A DNA stretch of 64,000 nt from Hemiscyllium ocellatum (taxonomy: Eukaryota). Of this stretch, positions 48,947-63,330 are shown piece by piece. A model generated the notes under the pieces. The model had not been told where the DNA came from. It did not search any database and was given only the letters and a program-made list of their open reading frames with translations. The position numbers were made by a program, and so were the translations under genes. The DNA lies in assembly GCF_020745735.1 (NCBI RefSeq), contig NC_083424.1, forward strand, positions 48,594,999-48,658,998, written 5' to 3'. Position 1 is the first letter of the stretch, and the number at the start of each line of letters is the position of its first letter.

Positions 48947-50985
48947 ATAAGACCATAAGACCATAAGACATAGGAGTGGAAGTAAGGCCATTCGGCCCAT
49001 CGAGTCCACTGCGCCATTTAATCATGTCTGATGGGCATTTCAACTCCACTTACCCGCATTATCCCCGTAGCCCTTAATTCCTAGTGACATCAAGAATTTA
49101 TCAATCTGCCTTGAAGACATTTAACGTCCCGGCCTCCACTGCACTCCGCGGCAATGAATTCCACAGGCCCACCACTCTCGGCTGAAGAAATGTCTCCACA
49201 TTTCTGTTCTGAATTGACCCCCTCTAATTTGAAGGCTGTGCCCACGGGTCCTAGTCTCCCCGCCTGACGGAAACAATTTCTGAGCGTCCACCCTTTCCAA
49301 GCGATGCATTATCTTGTAAGTTTCTATTAGATCTCCCCTTAACCTTCTAAACTCCAATGAGTACAATCCCAGGATCCTCAGCCATTCTTCTTATGTTGGA
49401 CCTACCATTTCTAGGATCATCCCTGTGAATCTCTGCTGGACACGCTCCAGTGCCAGTATTTCACTCCTGAGGTGTGGGGCGCAAAACTGGATACAGTACT
49501 CCAAATGGGGCCTAACCAGAGCTTTATAAAGTCTCAGTAGCACATCACTGCTTTTATATTCCAATCCTCTTGAGATAAATGACAACATTGCATTCGCTTT
49601 CTTAATCACGGATTCAAGTAAAAAGTGAGGTCTGCAGATGCTGGAGATCAGAGCTGAAAATGTGTTGCTGGTTAAAGTGCCAGACCTCGCATTTGCTCAC
49701 ATTGAACTTCATCAGGAATCTGATGAAGGGCTCTGGCTCGAAACGTCGAATTTCCAGTTCCTTGGATGCTGCCTAACCTGCTGTGCTTTAACCAGCAACA
49801 CATTTTCAGCTCTAATCACGGATTCAACCTGCATGTTTACCTTTTGAGAATCCTCGACTAGCACTCCCAGATCCCTTTGTACTTTGGCTTTATGAATTTT
49901 CTCACCGTTTAGAAAGTAGTCCATGCTTATATTCTTTTTTCCAAAGTGCCAGACCTCGCATTTGCTCACATTGAACTTCATCAGCCATTTTCTCCCATCT
50001 CCCAAACTGTCTAGATCCTTCTGCAGCCTCCCCACTTCCTCAGTACTACCTGCCTGTCCACCTATCTTCATACCATCGGCAAACTTCGCTAGAATGCCCC
50101 CAGTCCCTTAATCCAGATCATTAATATATAGCGTGAACAGCTGCGGCCCCAACACTGGACCCTGTGGGACACCGCTTGTCACCAGCTGCCATTCCAAAAA
50201 AGAACCTCTTACCCCAACTCTCTGGCTTCTGTCAGATAGCCAATCCTCAATCCATGCCTGTAGCTCACCTCGAACACCATGGGCCCTCACCTTACTCAGC
50301 AGCCTCCCGTGTGGCACCTTATCAAAGGCCTTTTGGAAGTCTAGATAGACCACATCCACTGGGTTTCCCTGGTCTAACCTACTTGTCACCTCTTCAAGGA
50401 ATTCTAACAGGTTTGTCAGCCACAACCTACCCTTACTAAATCCATGATGACTTGTTAGAATCCGACCCTGCTCTTACAAGTATTTAGAAACTTCAGCCTT
50501 AACGATGGATTCTAGAATTTTACCAACAACTGAGGTTAGGTTAATTGGCCTAAAATTTTCCATCTTTTGTCTTGATCCTATCTTGAACAATAGGGTTACA
50601 ACAGCGGTCTTCCAATCATCCAGGACGTTCCCTAACACCAGTGACTTTTGAAAGATCTCAACCAACGCCTGTGCCATTTCCTCAGCCACCTCCCTCAGAA
50701 CTCTAGGATGGAGCCCATCAGGGCCAGGAGATTTGTCAATTTTAAGACAGTTTAGCTTTTCTAGCACTATCTCTTTTGTCATGGCAACCCTACTCTACTC
50801 AGCCCCCTGACTCCCTTTAATTGTTGGGATATTACTCATGTCTTCCACTGTGATGACTGATGCAAAGTACCCATTAAGTTCTCCAGCTATTTCCTTATCT
50901 CCCATCACTAGCCTTCCAGCATCAGTTTAAAGTGGCCCAATGTCTACTTTTGCCTGTCGTTTGTTTCTTATGTATTAAAAGAAAG
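48947..50985 (-). mobile_element. CR1 LINE 3' portion (RT to tail), relatively well preserved
   Basis: ORFs 50474, 50108, 49712, 49391 and 49121(-): KSPGPDG, YLDFQKAFDKVPH, GVPQG.VLGP.LF..YINDLD, KCEV.HFG, LVRPHLEYC; (ATAAGACC)n tail. Confidence 0.93.
49618..49812. mobile_element. 195-bp fold-back Penelope-like non-autonomous element with a 15-bp TSD
   Basis: TSD TAATCACGGATTCAA at 49603-49617 and 49813-49827; perfect 27-bp inverted repeat GAGCTGAAAATGTGTTGCTGGTTAAAG; hammerhead-like core. Confidence 0.88.
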
Positions 50986-52205
50986 AAACATTCTTGATGT
51001 GTGGCTTTTACAATGGGCCGCATTTAATCGTCATAATCATGAGAATAATTTTGTGTAATGAGAAAAAATTAAATAACAGTGATTGATGTAGTCTGAAACA
51101 TGACCTTAGGACATAAAATGTTAATAAATGATTCCTGAGCAGCAATGCATACCATCTACAAGATGTACTGTAGATATTCACCAAGGCTCCATGAGCATTA
51201 ATTTCGAAACCCTCCACCAATGCTACTAATAAAGACAAGAACAGCAAGGGAATACCATCACTTGTAAGATCCCCTCCAAGTCACTCACTATCCTGACTTG
51301 GAAATATACCACCGTTCCTTGACTGCCACTGGGTAAATACCCTATATCTCCCTCCCAAAGCATGTCACAAGACATAGCACAGAAGTACAGTAGTTCAAAA
51401 GGCCGTTCACCACCACCTTGTCAGGGGCAACTAGGAAAGGCCAATAAATGCTTGCCAGCAAGAGACAACACATTTCTCATCGAGTTCACACAAAGTACTT
51501 CAGAAGAGCAGACTCCGCTGTAAAGTAAGAACGCGGCAGGCCAGTTGAACACAGTAAGGATCACTAAACAACCACATTATAATGAGCAGTTTGTTTTATC
51601 GATATTGATTGGCAGATAGATTTTACCAGTGCAGATATGAACTTACTATTTGCAAATTAAAGTTAGATCGGGGATATTAATATCTAAGGTAGATGTAATC
51701 GGTAAAAATGACAGAAGTTATTTGTTGGAAAATATTTTCTGTTAGTGAAATATTATCTTTTGACACTCAGGTACCAAAAGATGTATTTGACTCTGGTACC
51801 TCAAATGCTTTAGGTCAGCCCTGTGCAATGTACCAGAGTATTCTCCATAACAGGCGAAAGTGAGGACTGCAGATGCTGGAGATCAGAGTCTGGATTAGTG
51901 TGTGCTGGAAAAGCATGGCAGGTCAGGCAGCATCCAAGGAGCAGGAAAATCGACTTTTCGGGCAAAAGCACTTCATCAGGAATGTTAACTCTGATTTCTT
52001 CTCACAGATGCTGCCAGATCTGCTGTGTTTTCCAGCAATTTCTGCTTTTGTTCCATTTCCATTCCAGTGCTGAAGAAGGATTATAGGACTTGAAACGTTA
52101 GCCCTGTTTTGTCTCCAGAGATCTATCAGTCTTTCTGTGCTTCTCAGGCAATTTCTGCTTTAGTTTGTGTCAGATTTTCAGCTTTCGCACTTCATTCCTT
52201 TCGAC

Positions 52206-54345
52206 AATAAGACCAAAAGTCTTATGAGCAGAAATTAGCCCATTCAGCCCATCGAGTCTGCTCCACGATTCAATCATGGTTGATAAGTTTCCAAACCCCA
52301 TTCCCCCGCTTTCTCCCTGTAACCCTTGATCCCCTTAACAATCAATAACATATCTACCTCAGTCTAAATATACTTAATGATTTGGCCTCCACAGTCTTCT
52401 GTGGAAATAAATTCCATAGATTCGCCAATGTCTGGCTGAAGACGTTTATCCTTATCACAATTATGAATGGTCTTCCCTTTACTCCATGGCTGTGCCCTTA
52501 GGTCCTAGTCTTTCCTACCAATGGAAACATCTTCTCAACATCTACTCTGTCTAGGTCATTCAGTATTTTTTATGTCTCGATTAGTCCTCTCCACGTCCTT
52601 CTAGACTCCATTGAGTATAAACTCAGAATCCTCAAATGTTTCTCATATGCTAAACTGTTCATTCCTGGGACAATTCTCATGAAGCTTCTCTGAATGAACT
52701 CCAGAGGAATACATCCTTCCTGAGAAATGGGGCCGAAAACTGCGTCTTATAGAGCCTATGAAGTACATCCCTGCTTTTATATTCAAGTTGTCTCAAAATA
52801 AATGCCATCATTGCATTTGCCTTCCGAACTACTGACTCAACCTGCAAATTTACCTTGAGAGAACCCTGGACGAGAACTCCCAAGTCTCTTTGCACTTGAG
52901 ACTTCTGAATTTCCTCCCCATTTAGAAAATAGTTCACGCCTGTATTCTTCTTACCGAAGTGCATTACCTCACACTTTCCCACGTTGTACTCCATTTGCCA
53001 TTTCTTTGCTCACTCTTCTAACCTATCTAAATACGTCTGTGGCCTTCCCACCTCCTTAATGTTACCTTTCCCTCTATCTATCTTTGCATAATCTGAAAAC
53101 TTAACCACAACGCTCTCAGTTGCTTTATCTAGATTATTGATGTATAAAGTGACAAGTTGTGATCCCAACACTGAGCCTTGCAGAACATGCATTGTCACTG
53201 GCTGTCATCCTGAGAAAGAGCCATTTCGCCCCACTCTCTACTTCCTGCCACACGGCCAAGCTTCCATACATGCTACACCTTGCCTTTAATATCATGAGCC
53301 CTTATCTTACTCAGTAGTCTCGTGTGCAGCACCTTGTCAAAGGCTTTCTTGAAGTCCAGGTTGATGCCATCCATTGGCTTTAATTGGGCTAATTTCTTCA
53401 TTACTTCCTCAACGATTTGTCAGGCATGACCTCCCTTTGATGAAAGCATGTTGACGTTGCCGTATTTTGCCATATATTTCCAAATATTCAGAAATCTCAT
53501 GCTTCACAATGGATTCCATGATCTTACCCAAAACTAATGTTAGACTAATTAGTCTTTAATTTTCCATCATTTGCTTTACTCTCCTTTTAGACAGGAATAT
53601 CACCTTAATGATTTTCCAGTTTTCTGGGACTCGCACTGATTCTAGTGATCCCTAAAAGATCATCAATCACACCACCATTGTCTCTTCAGTTATCTCCTCT
53701 AGAATTCTGGCGTGCTGTCCACCTTGTCCAGATATTTTATCCACCTTCAGGCCATTCAGTTTTTCTAGCACCTTCTCCTCAGCTCTTGCCCGCTCACTCG
53801 CTTGAATTTTTGAAATATTACTAGCATCTTACACCGTGGAGACTTCCATAAAGTAATTGTTCAGTTACGTCATTTCCTTGTTCCCCACAATATCTCTCCA
53901 GCGTCATTTTCTAGCTGTCCAATGTCCTCTTTTGCCTCTCCTTTGCCTTTTATACATCTAAGGAAATTTTTACAGTCTTACCTTATATTACTGGTTAGGT
54001 TACCCTCATATTTAATCTTCTTTCTACTTTTGTTTTGCTGCCCTCTTGCTGGCCTTTGTAATCTTCCCAATTATTTGGTTTCCCACTGCCTTTCACCGCG
54101 TTATGTCCTCTCTCTTTTGCTTTCATGCTATCCCTGTCGTCCCTAGTCAGCCATGGTTGCCTCATTCTCGTTGTACCATGCTTCTTTTCCCTCGGGATGA
54201 ATTTCTGCTGTGTTTCCTGAATTACTCCCAGAAACTCCTGCCATTGCTGTTCCAATGTCTTTCCTGCTAGGTTCCTCTCCCAGTCTATTCTACCCAGCTG
54301 CTCCCTCATGCCTCTGTTGTTGACTTTATTCCGCTATAATACATA
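52206..54345 (-). mobile_element. CR1 LINE 3' portion (paralog of 4491-6575)
   Basis: ORFs 52677, 53010 and 53995(-) carry the same motifs. Confidence 0.88.
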
Positions 54346-56849
54346 TATGTGAATGTGAGTGACTCCAAATAAGGAGTGCAGACTTGGTGTACAAGTTTGC
54401 TGCTCTAAGAGTCATTGAAAGTTGCCTGACTCTGTGATGGATATCCTATCAGTAGACTAAATGTAAAAGAATATAGAAGACGGAGTTCAATGGAAAAAAA
54501 ACATGACTTATCCATTTTGAAACCAAGAGTAATGAAAACTAAACATTTACTTAATGTTGTGTCATGAGGAGCTGTGCACTCATGAATTGATATAATTGTC
54601 CATGAAACAAAAACGCTGAAATAAGGTGTACGAATGAAAATAGTGTGAATGCATTTCTGATGTTGATCAGAAGAGGATTGGAAAAAATTATGTAGAAATA
54701 CTACATCCCCAACACAGAAACTTAATCAGACCATATCTGGAATTACACCTTCAGACTTCGGCAACAACATGTTTTGACTTGTGAAAGGATACAGCACAAA
54801 TTTGTCTTGATTATACTTTTATTCTGAGTGTTAAATTGTGCGCAAAGATTTTGATAGACTATTAAGTTAGATGACTGTTTATATCAAAGTATTGCAAAGA
54901 CGTTTTTGTTTTATCCTTCCGTTTTAAAATGGGGGAGTAACGTATTTAAGTATTTCAAATGATCAATGAATGTCAGGCACAGAATGTCTACCTCAAATCG
55001 GATGCAAACCATTAAAAAATATATTTTTAAGTTGCTGTTAGGTCATGAAAGATAACTGATTATAGGACTTTTCAAAAGGTCATTTGATATATCTATTGTA
55101 TGAGAACACATGAAGAAACATAGATGAAATTAAAATGAGAACTCAGGATCAAATATGCTTTGATTGACCAGCGAAAACAAACTGCCTCTTTGCATGCTAT
55201 TTTTTCTGTGCAATTATTAGCAGTGAGAAACTATCAATACACCAGAATATGGTTGCACTGTATTCAATGCCAATAATATGTATTGATCTAATTTTAAATG
55301 CAGGTGGATGCAAAGTTTGAGAGGCATTTTCAATCACAATTATTCTGTCCTCTTTTGAAAAAAACTGTTAATACATCAACAGTTTTTGCAGCCCACAAGC
55401 CAGTCTCCATTGTTGTAGTAGTAGTAGCCAAGAATTTAATCAGATAAACATGAGACCACTTCTGAAGTACAGCATTTACAGTTGTGGTCTCATTGCTTAT
55501 GGAAAGATACACATGATTTACAGGAACTAAGATGAAGATTCGAAATACGTATTCTCCTTGAAAGAAGGATGATGTAGAAATTGAATAAAATGGCCCTGCT
55601 CCCTAGCGTTATAATAATGAGAGATGATCGCATCGAAGTACGTAAAATTCTCAAGCTGCTTGAAAGGTAGATGGCATGATGCTGCCTTAGGTGATATCTG
55701 GATCTAGAAAAACAAGGGCGGACCCGAGTCATGTATAATCGGTATGATGATATAGTTATTCATCCGACAGCTTTGAATCTTTGGATCTTTACCCAACAGT
55801 GATAGGAACATTTAGAACTTCATGCACATTCAAAACAGAAGTTTTGTATCCAGAAGAATTCATGGGATTTGGGATAGGAATGAAAATCGAATTGAGTCAA
55901 AGAATATCATTATCATGTTCAAACGTGGACCAGTCTCGAGGTTTTGATTGCCCACTTCTATTCATTCTTATTTCTCATGTTAATTTTAAATTGAAATGAA
56001 TCAGTCCTTTCTCGCTGTCAGATGGTGCCACTGTTGATCAGTTTTAATTAAACAGCAGAGAGCATCTCTCACAGTTAAGGGCTGGTCCAAGGTTACACTT
56101 GCGAAAATAAACTCAACATAAGACTGGCAAACATGCCTTTTAGGATGGATTCAGTCACGTTTCCAAAATGACACCATTTTCAGCTCCAGGCATTGAGTCA
56201 GCATTTCTTTTTCATCAACATGTGAAAATTGAATCAGATTTAGTGTTACAGATGTTCTGTATATTAATTCTGACTTGAATTCTATTACGTTAGGGGTCAG
56301 CCCATAAGAGTGACTCACTGTGAAGCAAAATACTTAAAGAGAGGAGATATTGCAATAAATAAATTAAATATTTTTCACTTCACAATGTTCGTGCTGGTGT
56401 TTCCCCGTTAATGAAGCCGAATGATGTTGCTCGGATAGAATGATGATTAATTTTCAGTGCATATCATTACATAAACATATAACAAAGAACTGTGGATGCT
56501 GAAAATCTGAAACAAAAGAATGCTGATGAAACTCAGCACGTCCAACAGATCTGTGGAGAGAAATCAGGGTTAACTTTTCAGATTCTTTAGTTCTCCACAC
56601 TAATTATCTTAGCAGCAATGTCGTCTCTGCATTTATTGATATTTGTTTTCCATGGCAAACACAGAAACAAGGTATGGTTTAACTATTTTAATTGCATTCT
56701 GCGCCTCTGATGATGTATTCTGACACATTGGCAGTGTCACAACCTCTGGGTCAGAAGTTCCCGACTCAAGTTCAAAAGGCCCTGGAGTGTTTCATAAAAT
56801 GGCTTAACAGTTTGATTAAAATACATTCATAACGTAACATGTTACATCC

Positions 56850-58300
56850 TGGCATCTTTTCTGATGGCGAGGAAAATTCCACTGGAATAGAGGATAGGTA
56901 AATTAACTCTACTATTTAAAAAGAAGTAGAAAGGAACAGGTTTATAAACTGAATGGCCTAGCATTGGGGATGGGAACATTTCTAGAGCGCATGATCAAGT
57001 ATTTAACACCAGAGGACTTGGAAAGTAGGTGAAGTACCAGAAAGAGTAAACGTGAATTTACGAAAGGGAAACCAGGCTTCACAAATCTTTTGGGGGTTTT
57101 TGAGAATGTAACTAATAATGTTGATTTGGTTTGGGGGTGGACAACTGATATTGAACTTTCAGTAATATTTTGATAAGATTCCACAGAAAAGATAAACATA
57201 TAAAGCGAATGTACTTGGGATTGGGTTAATGTACTGACGTGGATGGAGAGCTGGTCAGCAGGCATAAAGCAAAGAGGAATAAGTTGGCTATTTCCTGAGT
57301 GGCAAGCAGTAACTACAAGCGCACCATAGGGATCAGTGCCCATTCGCCAGCTCTATCCGCAATTTAAACATGATTTAAATCAGAGAAATGAAGGTAATCT
57401 CCAGAGGTAAACAGATGACACAAATCTGTGTGGGAGGATCAACTGTCAGGAGGTTGCCAAGATGCTTCGAAACAACTTGAACAAGTTGCGTCTGTGGGAA
57501 AATGCATGGTAGATAACGTTCGTTGTGGATAAATGTGAGGCTATCCACTTTTGTAACAAAAACAGCAAGGCAAACTATTACCTAATCGGCTACAGACTGT
57601 AAAAGGAGGAAGGTGTACAAGACTTGGACGCTTTTGTAAGCATTCACTGAAAATAAGAATGCAGATGTGGCAGGTAGTGAAGAAGGCAAATAGAAGTTGG
57701 CCTTCATAGCAACAGGTTTGGAGTACAGAAGCGTGGACGTTTTACTGCCAGTGTACAGGGCCTTGGTAAGACCATAACTGGAGTAATGTGGATAGTTTTT
57801 TCTCCTTATCTGAGGAAGGATGTACTGACTATTGGACGAGTGGATGAAGGTTTACCAGATGGACTCCTGAGACAGCAGAACTGCTGTTTGAAGAGAATGG
57901 ATCAGTTAGGACGATATTGACTGGAAGAGAGAGAAATGAGGCAGGATCTCAGCCAAATGTATAAATTTCTAACAGGAATAAAAATTGAACACAGAAAAGA
58001 TGTTCTCGATATCTGGGGAGTCCAGTATCATGGGGTACAGCTTTTGGACATGGAAAAGGTCATTTAGAACGGAGGACTAAATAAATTCCTTCATCTAGAG
58101 AATGATGAGCCTGTTGAATTCTCTCCCACAGAAAGCAGTTGAAGTCTATTAATTAAATGATGTCAAGAGGAGATAAATCTCGCTCTTTGGGAAGTTGATA
58201 GTTCTTAAAGGGATCTGACTGCATGGAGAAGAAGTGAGAATATGGTGCTAAAATGGTTGATAAGCCATGATCAGATTGAATGGTAGGGCAGTTTTGAAGA
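56850..58300 (+). mobile_element. Old CR1 remnant (paralog of 9140-10570)
   Basis: Colinear with copy A. Confidence 0.65.
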
Positions 58301-61300
58301 ACTTACACCTGTTCCTATTTTCAATTATTTATGTCAAGTATTATTTGCATAGGGTAGAGTTATTCTTGGGGTGCATTTTATGTCAAACATCCTTCTATTC
58401 TCATATCCACTCCTTGCCTGCCTTACTACACTTTTCATCTCTATTCTTAGCTTGCTGTATTTGACATGATATTTGGTTGAAGACTTAAATGACCTGTATT
58501 CTGCATCCCCTTTTAATCTATCTGTGGAAGCTAATGCTGCATTCTAATTTCTCCCTCCGGCTAAAGATATTGTCCCTAAAATCCTTTCTGTATTGATTAA
58601 TTACGGCATTAGATTTAATGCCAATAGAATTGGCCTCTGGCACTGATGAAAATGTTTGCTCGAAAAGTATTTCAAATTTTAGCAATCATTTTAACTGATA
58701 GAAAGTGAATATTTTTTTTTTAAAAAATGATTCTATTAAGACCAGCAAATGATTACTGTTGAAACCAATTTTATTAATCAATTTATTTACACTTGGAAGA
58801 TAAATATATGCTCGCTGGTTACCAGAGTAAATGTTGCAAAGTCCGAAGTTCCCAATGCCCATTTGCTTCTTGTGGAATGGTCATCGATGCTTTCAGTACG
58901 AAATACCAAATAATTCCCAGAAATGAACTGATTGCAACTAAGTTCAGAACCCAAGAAGGCACTCCTGAAATTATCAATGCTGACGCAATTGCTATGGGAT
59001 CTTTATGTGTCAACTGCACTATTCTGTGCAAGGGACACATTTTCTTTGCAAAATGTTTTTCTTTATCGAAATGACAAACTAAAATTGTTGCATTTTAAAT
59101 CACAGTGAAGCAATTTAAATCGGGCATGTTGCCTGAAAACTCGCTATAATTCCTACAAAAATACTTCGATTTATCTGAAAATGTACGTGACCTTCATTCC
59201 CTGCCACTTTCAAATACTCCCGACCTGATCTAAAACGTGCATTTTCCCTAACTGTACAGAATACTCTCTGAATATAGAATATTCCTGCTGACATGCATTG
59301 GTAAACTAATTTTGCATTAAATGGAATACTAACTTACAGTTAGGATGTAAAACGTACTCCTGACACATGACTCATGATACTCATGAGTGAAGAATTTGAA
59401 TTTATATTAAGCATTACTCTGAGGACTGATTCTGGAAAATGCACTGCAAAGACTATTTTGTGAGGATTTAGGTTCTCAAGCCTGTTCAAACTGCTGGATC
59501 AGGTAGCTTTATGCAATTGTGCTGAAGGCATTGGAAAGAATATTAGCACAGAAGATCACTGCGGATGCCGGAAATCACAAACTGGAGTTGTAAAACTCAC
59601 ATTTCTAATTTTGCACACTAAAACTATTCCGGTCATTATGTGATTAGTTAAAATCCCCTGACAGTACTGCCTTATTATTCTGACAAGGTCAGAAGTAACT
59701 CGATACCAGATTATAGTCCAACACGTTTATTTGAATCCACAAGCTTTCGGAGCAGTGTTCCTTGATCAGGTGTCTGTTAACTCCCATTACTCAAGAATCC
59801 CCAACTGGTATTACCTTTCTATAGTTCATCGTCCCTGATCAGTTGCAAACGAAGAGAACATTGAAATAACATTGACCAAGATGTCAGAAGGTTCAGGTTC
59901 GCCCTGGAAAATGGTAAGAAGCAATGGAGAGAAAAGAATTAATTGTTGAAAAGCAAATTTCAGTGAGTTGAGAAGGCTTTAGACTTTGATAAATTGGAAT
60001 TCGGTGGCACAAGATAAGTATGGATAGGAAACGCAGAGTCACTGTCCATAAACGTGTGTACCTCAATTGGTGTAGTGTTTGTCAGAGGGTGGGAGAATTG
60101 AAAAGTTAGTCGAGAAAAGGTGTGAGGATAAGTCTAGTAACGACAGATCAGAGTTTAACCTCAATTTGAAAAGGTTGTTGAAACACTAAAATAGCATGAT
60201 AGTGACAGTTACTTGAATAGATTTAGATTAATTAAGCAGGACAAGCGGTGATCTTTTAGTAGACCTGGTAAACTAACTTTGTTGTTTTTGCTTACTAGTT
60301 TATATAGTGTTGTGTGGTGCTCATGAAATTCAAAATGACCTTCCATGAAGAGACTCACACAAGAGATTTGTTCACAAACCTAACACTCATGGAATGGAAA
60401 TTTGGTTAATCAACGTTCGTTAAGCAAAGGGAGAATCGTGGGGACTGGTTGGACATAAGGATGGCCAAGAGGTCGTTAGTAGGATCATTGCATCGGTTGA
60501 TCCCTTTCATTGGCCTGAACATGGAAGCATAATTGAGCATTTACAGGTGCAACAAAACGCTGAGGTGTTTGGAATTGTGAAAAGTATATGATAGATTTCA
60601 AGAAATTAGGTTATTCCAGAAAATAGTTGACAATGACAAGTAACAGTCGTGCAGTGCAAAGTCTAAGCAATGATGATTTCCAGAAGGAGGGAGTCTAAAA
60701 ATCACGCCTTGACATTCAGTGGTATTGCCACTACTGTTAACATCGCGTAGAATTTCTTTGAACAAAAATTGAACTGGATTAATGACGTTAATACTGTGGC
60801 TTCAAAGATGCTATGAATCCTGCATCCAATGACTCATCACCTAACTAACCAAAGCATGTTTGTTATCTACAAGACACAAGTCACGAGTGTGGGGGAAAGC
60901 TGTCCCTTTGCCTGGAGAATTTCAGCTATTGAAAAATGAAAAGTATGAAAGCTTGGGAAGGATTAAAGTATGAAGACCATTGGCGATCTGCTGCAAGGGC
61001 TCTGTAGAATGCTACACTAGTCAAAGGACCACTGTGGCAGGATCGGATAAGGATAGTGGAATGTTCCTACACCAATTAACAGAGTATGGTTGAGGCTGAA
61101 GGTTCATTATGGCGGGATGAGATAACAACAATTTGTAAAGTCTGCCTCGCCTGCTAAATGTCATCTTGGCAGCTTGGGACAGGTCGTGACAATATTTATT
61201 TAGGACATGGCATTAAATATTTAATTAATAGTTAGTCGAGTCAGTCTGCTTGAGACCCTTGACAGTAAAATATCTAATCCTGACATTAGAACAATATTAA

Positions 61301-62046
61301 GTAGGGTCTGGGATGGAAGCCCATTGTTGCAGAGGTAGCAGTAAAATATCTAATCACAACATTAGACTAATATTAAGTAGAATGTAGGAAAAACTATAGA
61401 GGTAGAAGTAGAGTAACATTTTTTCCTGTGTAGCTGGAGTGAGGTAATTCTGAATAACACAGTTAGTCATGCTGATAAGCTAAAAAAAATTTCAAAAATG
61501 TTGTAAAGAGCCAAAGACCTTGAGGTTTGGGGGCATTCAAGAATTTGCTTTCTGAGTGTCATGGTTTTTTGTTTGCAAATAAAAGGCCTACTCCTTGAAG
61601 AACTCTCCACGTCTCCTGGTGATTCTCTGCATTTTGTCCACGACAAGCTCCAGCATCACTCAAGCAGATCGACACGATCCAAAACAAAGCAACCCACTCA
61701 ACTGCCACCATATCCTCAAATGTGCGCTCCCTGTTTGATTGAAGTGCAGTCACGTTTGGATAGTATCTTCCAAACCGACAACCACTTGCTCTAGAAACAG
61801 AAGGATAGCAGGCACACCAACACATCAACAAATGAAAGCTCTCTCCTGAACCACCCACAATCCTGACCTAGGAATATTTTACCTTTGTTTCACTGTTACT
61901 AAGTTGAAAGCCTGGAATTTCCCTGCCAACACATCGTAGGTGTAATTCACACTTGAACTGCAGGTGTTCAAGATGCCAACTCCCCACTACCTTCTCAAAG
62001 GCAATGAGGTATGGTCAATAAACGCCAGTCAGCCACATGCACATAC

Positions 62047-63330
62047 TAGATTAGAGTGGTGCTGGAAAAGCACAGCAAGTCAGACAGCATCCGAGGAGAA
62101 GGAAAATCAACGTTTTCGGCAAAAGCCCTTCAGCTGGAATGAAGGCAGGAAGCCTCCAAGGTAGAGAGATAAATGGGGGCGGGGGTGGGTGGTGCTGGGG
62201 CTGGGGACAAAGCAGCAAAGAGTGCAATAGGTAAATTGTGGTGGGGATGGAGGTGATAGGTCAGGGAGGAGGGTGGGGGAAGGTAGCAAAGAGTACAATG
62301 GGTAAATGGAGGTGGGGATGAAGGTGATAGATCAGAGAGCAGGGTGGAATAGACAGGTGGGAAGGGAGATTGGCAGGTAGGGCAGATCATGAGGACAGTG
62401 CTGAGCTGGAAGTTTGGAACTGGGGTAAGGTGGAGCGAGGGGAAATGAGGAAACTGGTCCACACTGATGCCCTGTGGTTGAAGTGCTCTGAGGTGGTAGA
62501 TGAGGCGTTCTTCCTCCAGGTGTCGGGTGGTGAGGGAGTGGTGGCGGAGGAGGCCCAGGACTTGCATGTCCCTGGCAGAGTGGGAGGGGACATTGAAATG
62601 TTAGCTCACAGGGAGATGGGTTGATTGGTGCGGGTGTCCTGGAGATGTTCCCCAAAGCACTCTGTGAGGAGGCAATGTAGGGGAGACTGTGTCAGGAGAA
62701 ACTGATACAACAAATGACATTGATGGATGTGCAGGTGAAATTCTGATGGATGTGAAAGGCTCCTTTGGGGCCTTGGCTGGAGGTGAGGGAGGAGATGTGG
62801 GCGCAGATTTGCAATTCCTGCTGTAGCAGGGGAAGGTGCCAGGACAGAAGGGTGGGTTGGTTGGGGCGCATGAACCTAATCAGGTAGTTTTTGCGGAATG
62901 TGGAAAACGGTGGTGAGGGAAATATGTCTCTGGTGGTGGGGTCCATTTGGAGGTGACAGAAATGTCGGCGGATGATGTGGTTTATGCAAAGGTTGGTAAG
63001 TTGAAAGGTGAGGACCAGGGGGTGCTGTCCTTGTTTCGGTTGGAGAGGCGGGGTTTGAGGGCAGAGGTGCGGGATGTGGATGAGATGCATTGTAGGACAT
63101 CTTCAACCATGCGATCTCTAAAGTAGGAGGCTATCTGGTGTGTTCTGTGGTGGAACTGGTCCTCCTGTGAGCAGATACGGCAGAGGCAGAGGAATTGGGA
63201 ATACTGGATGGCATTTTTGCAGGAGGTCTGGTTGGAAGAAGTGTAATCCAGGTAGCTGTGGGAGACAGTGGGTTTGTAAACAAAGTCAGTGTCAAGTCGG
63301 TCATCATAAATGGAGATGCAGAGGTTCAGG
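62047..63330 (-). mobile_element. Penelope-like element (paralog of 14023-15315)
   Basis: YKPT.SHSYLDYTSS..SCKNAI.YSQFL; NFTCTSINVICCISF; pLTR terminus. Confidence 0.9.
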
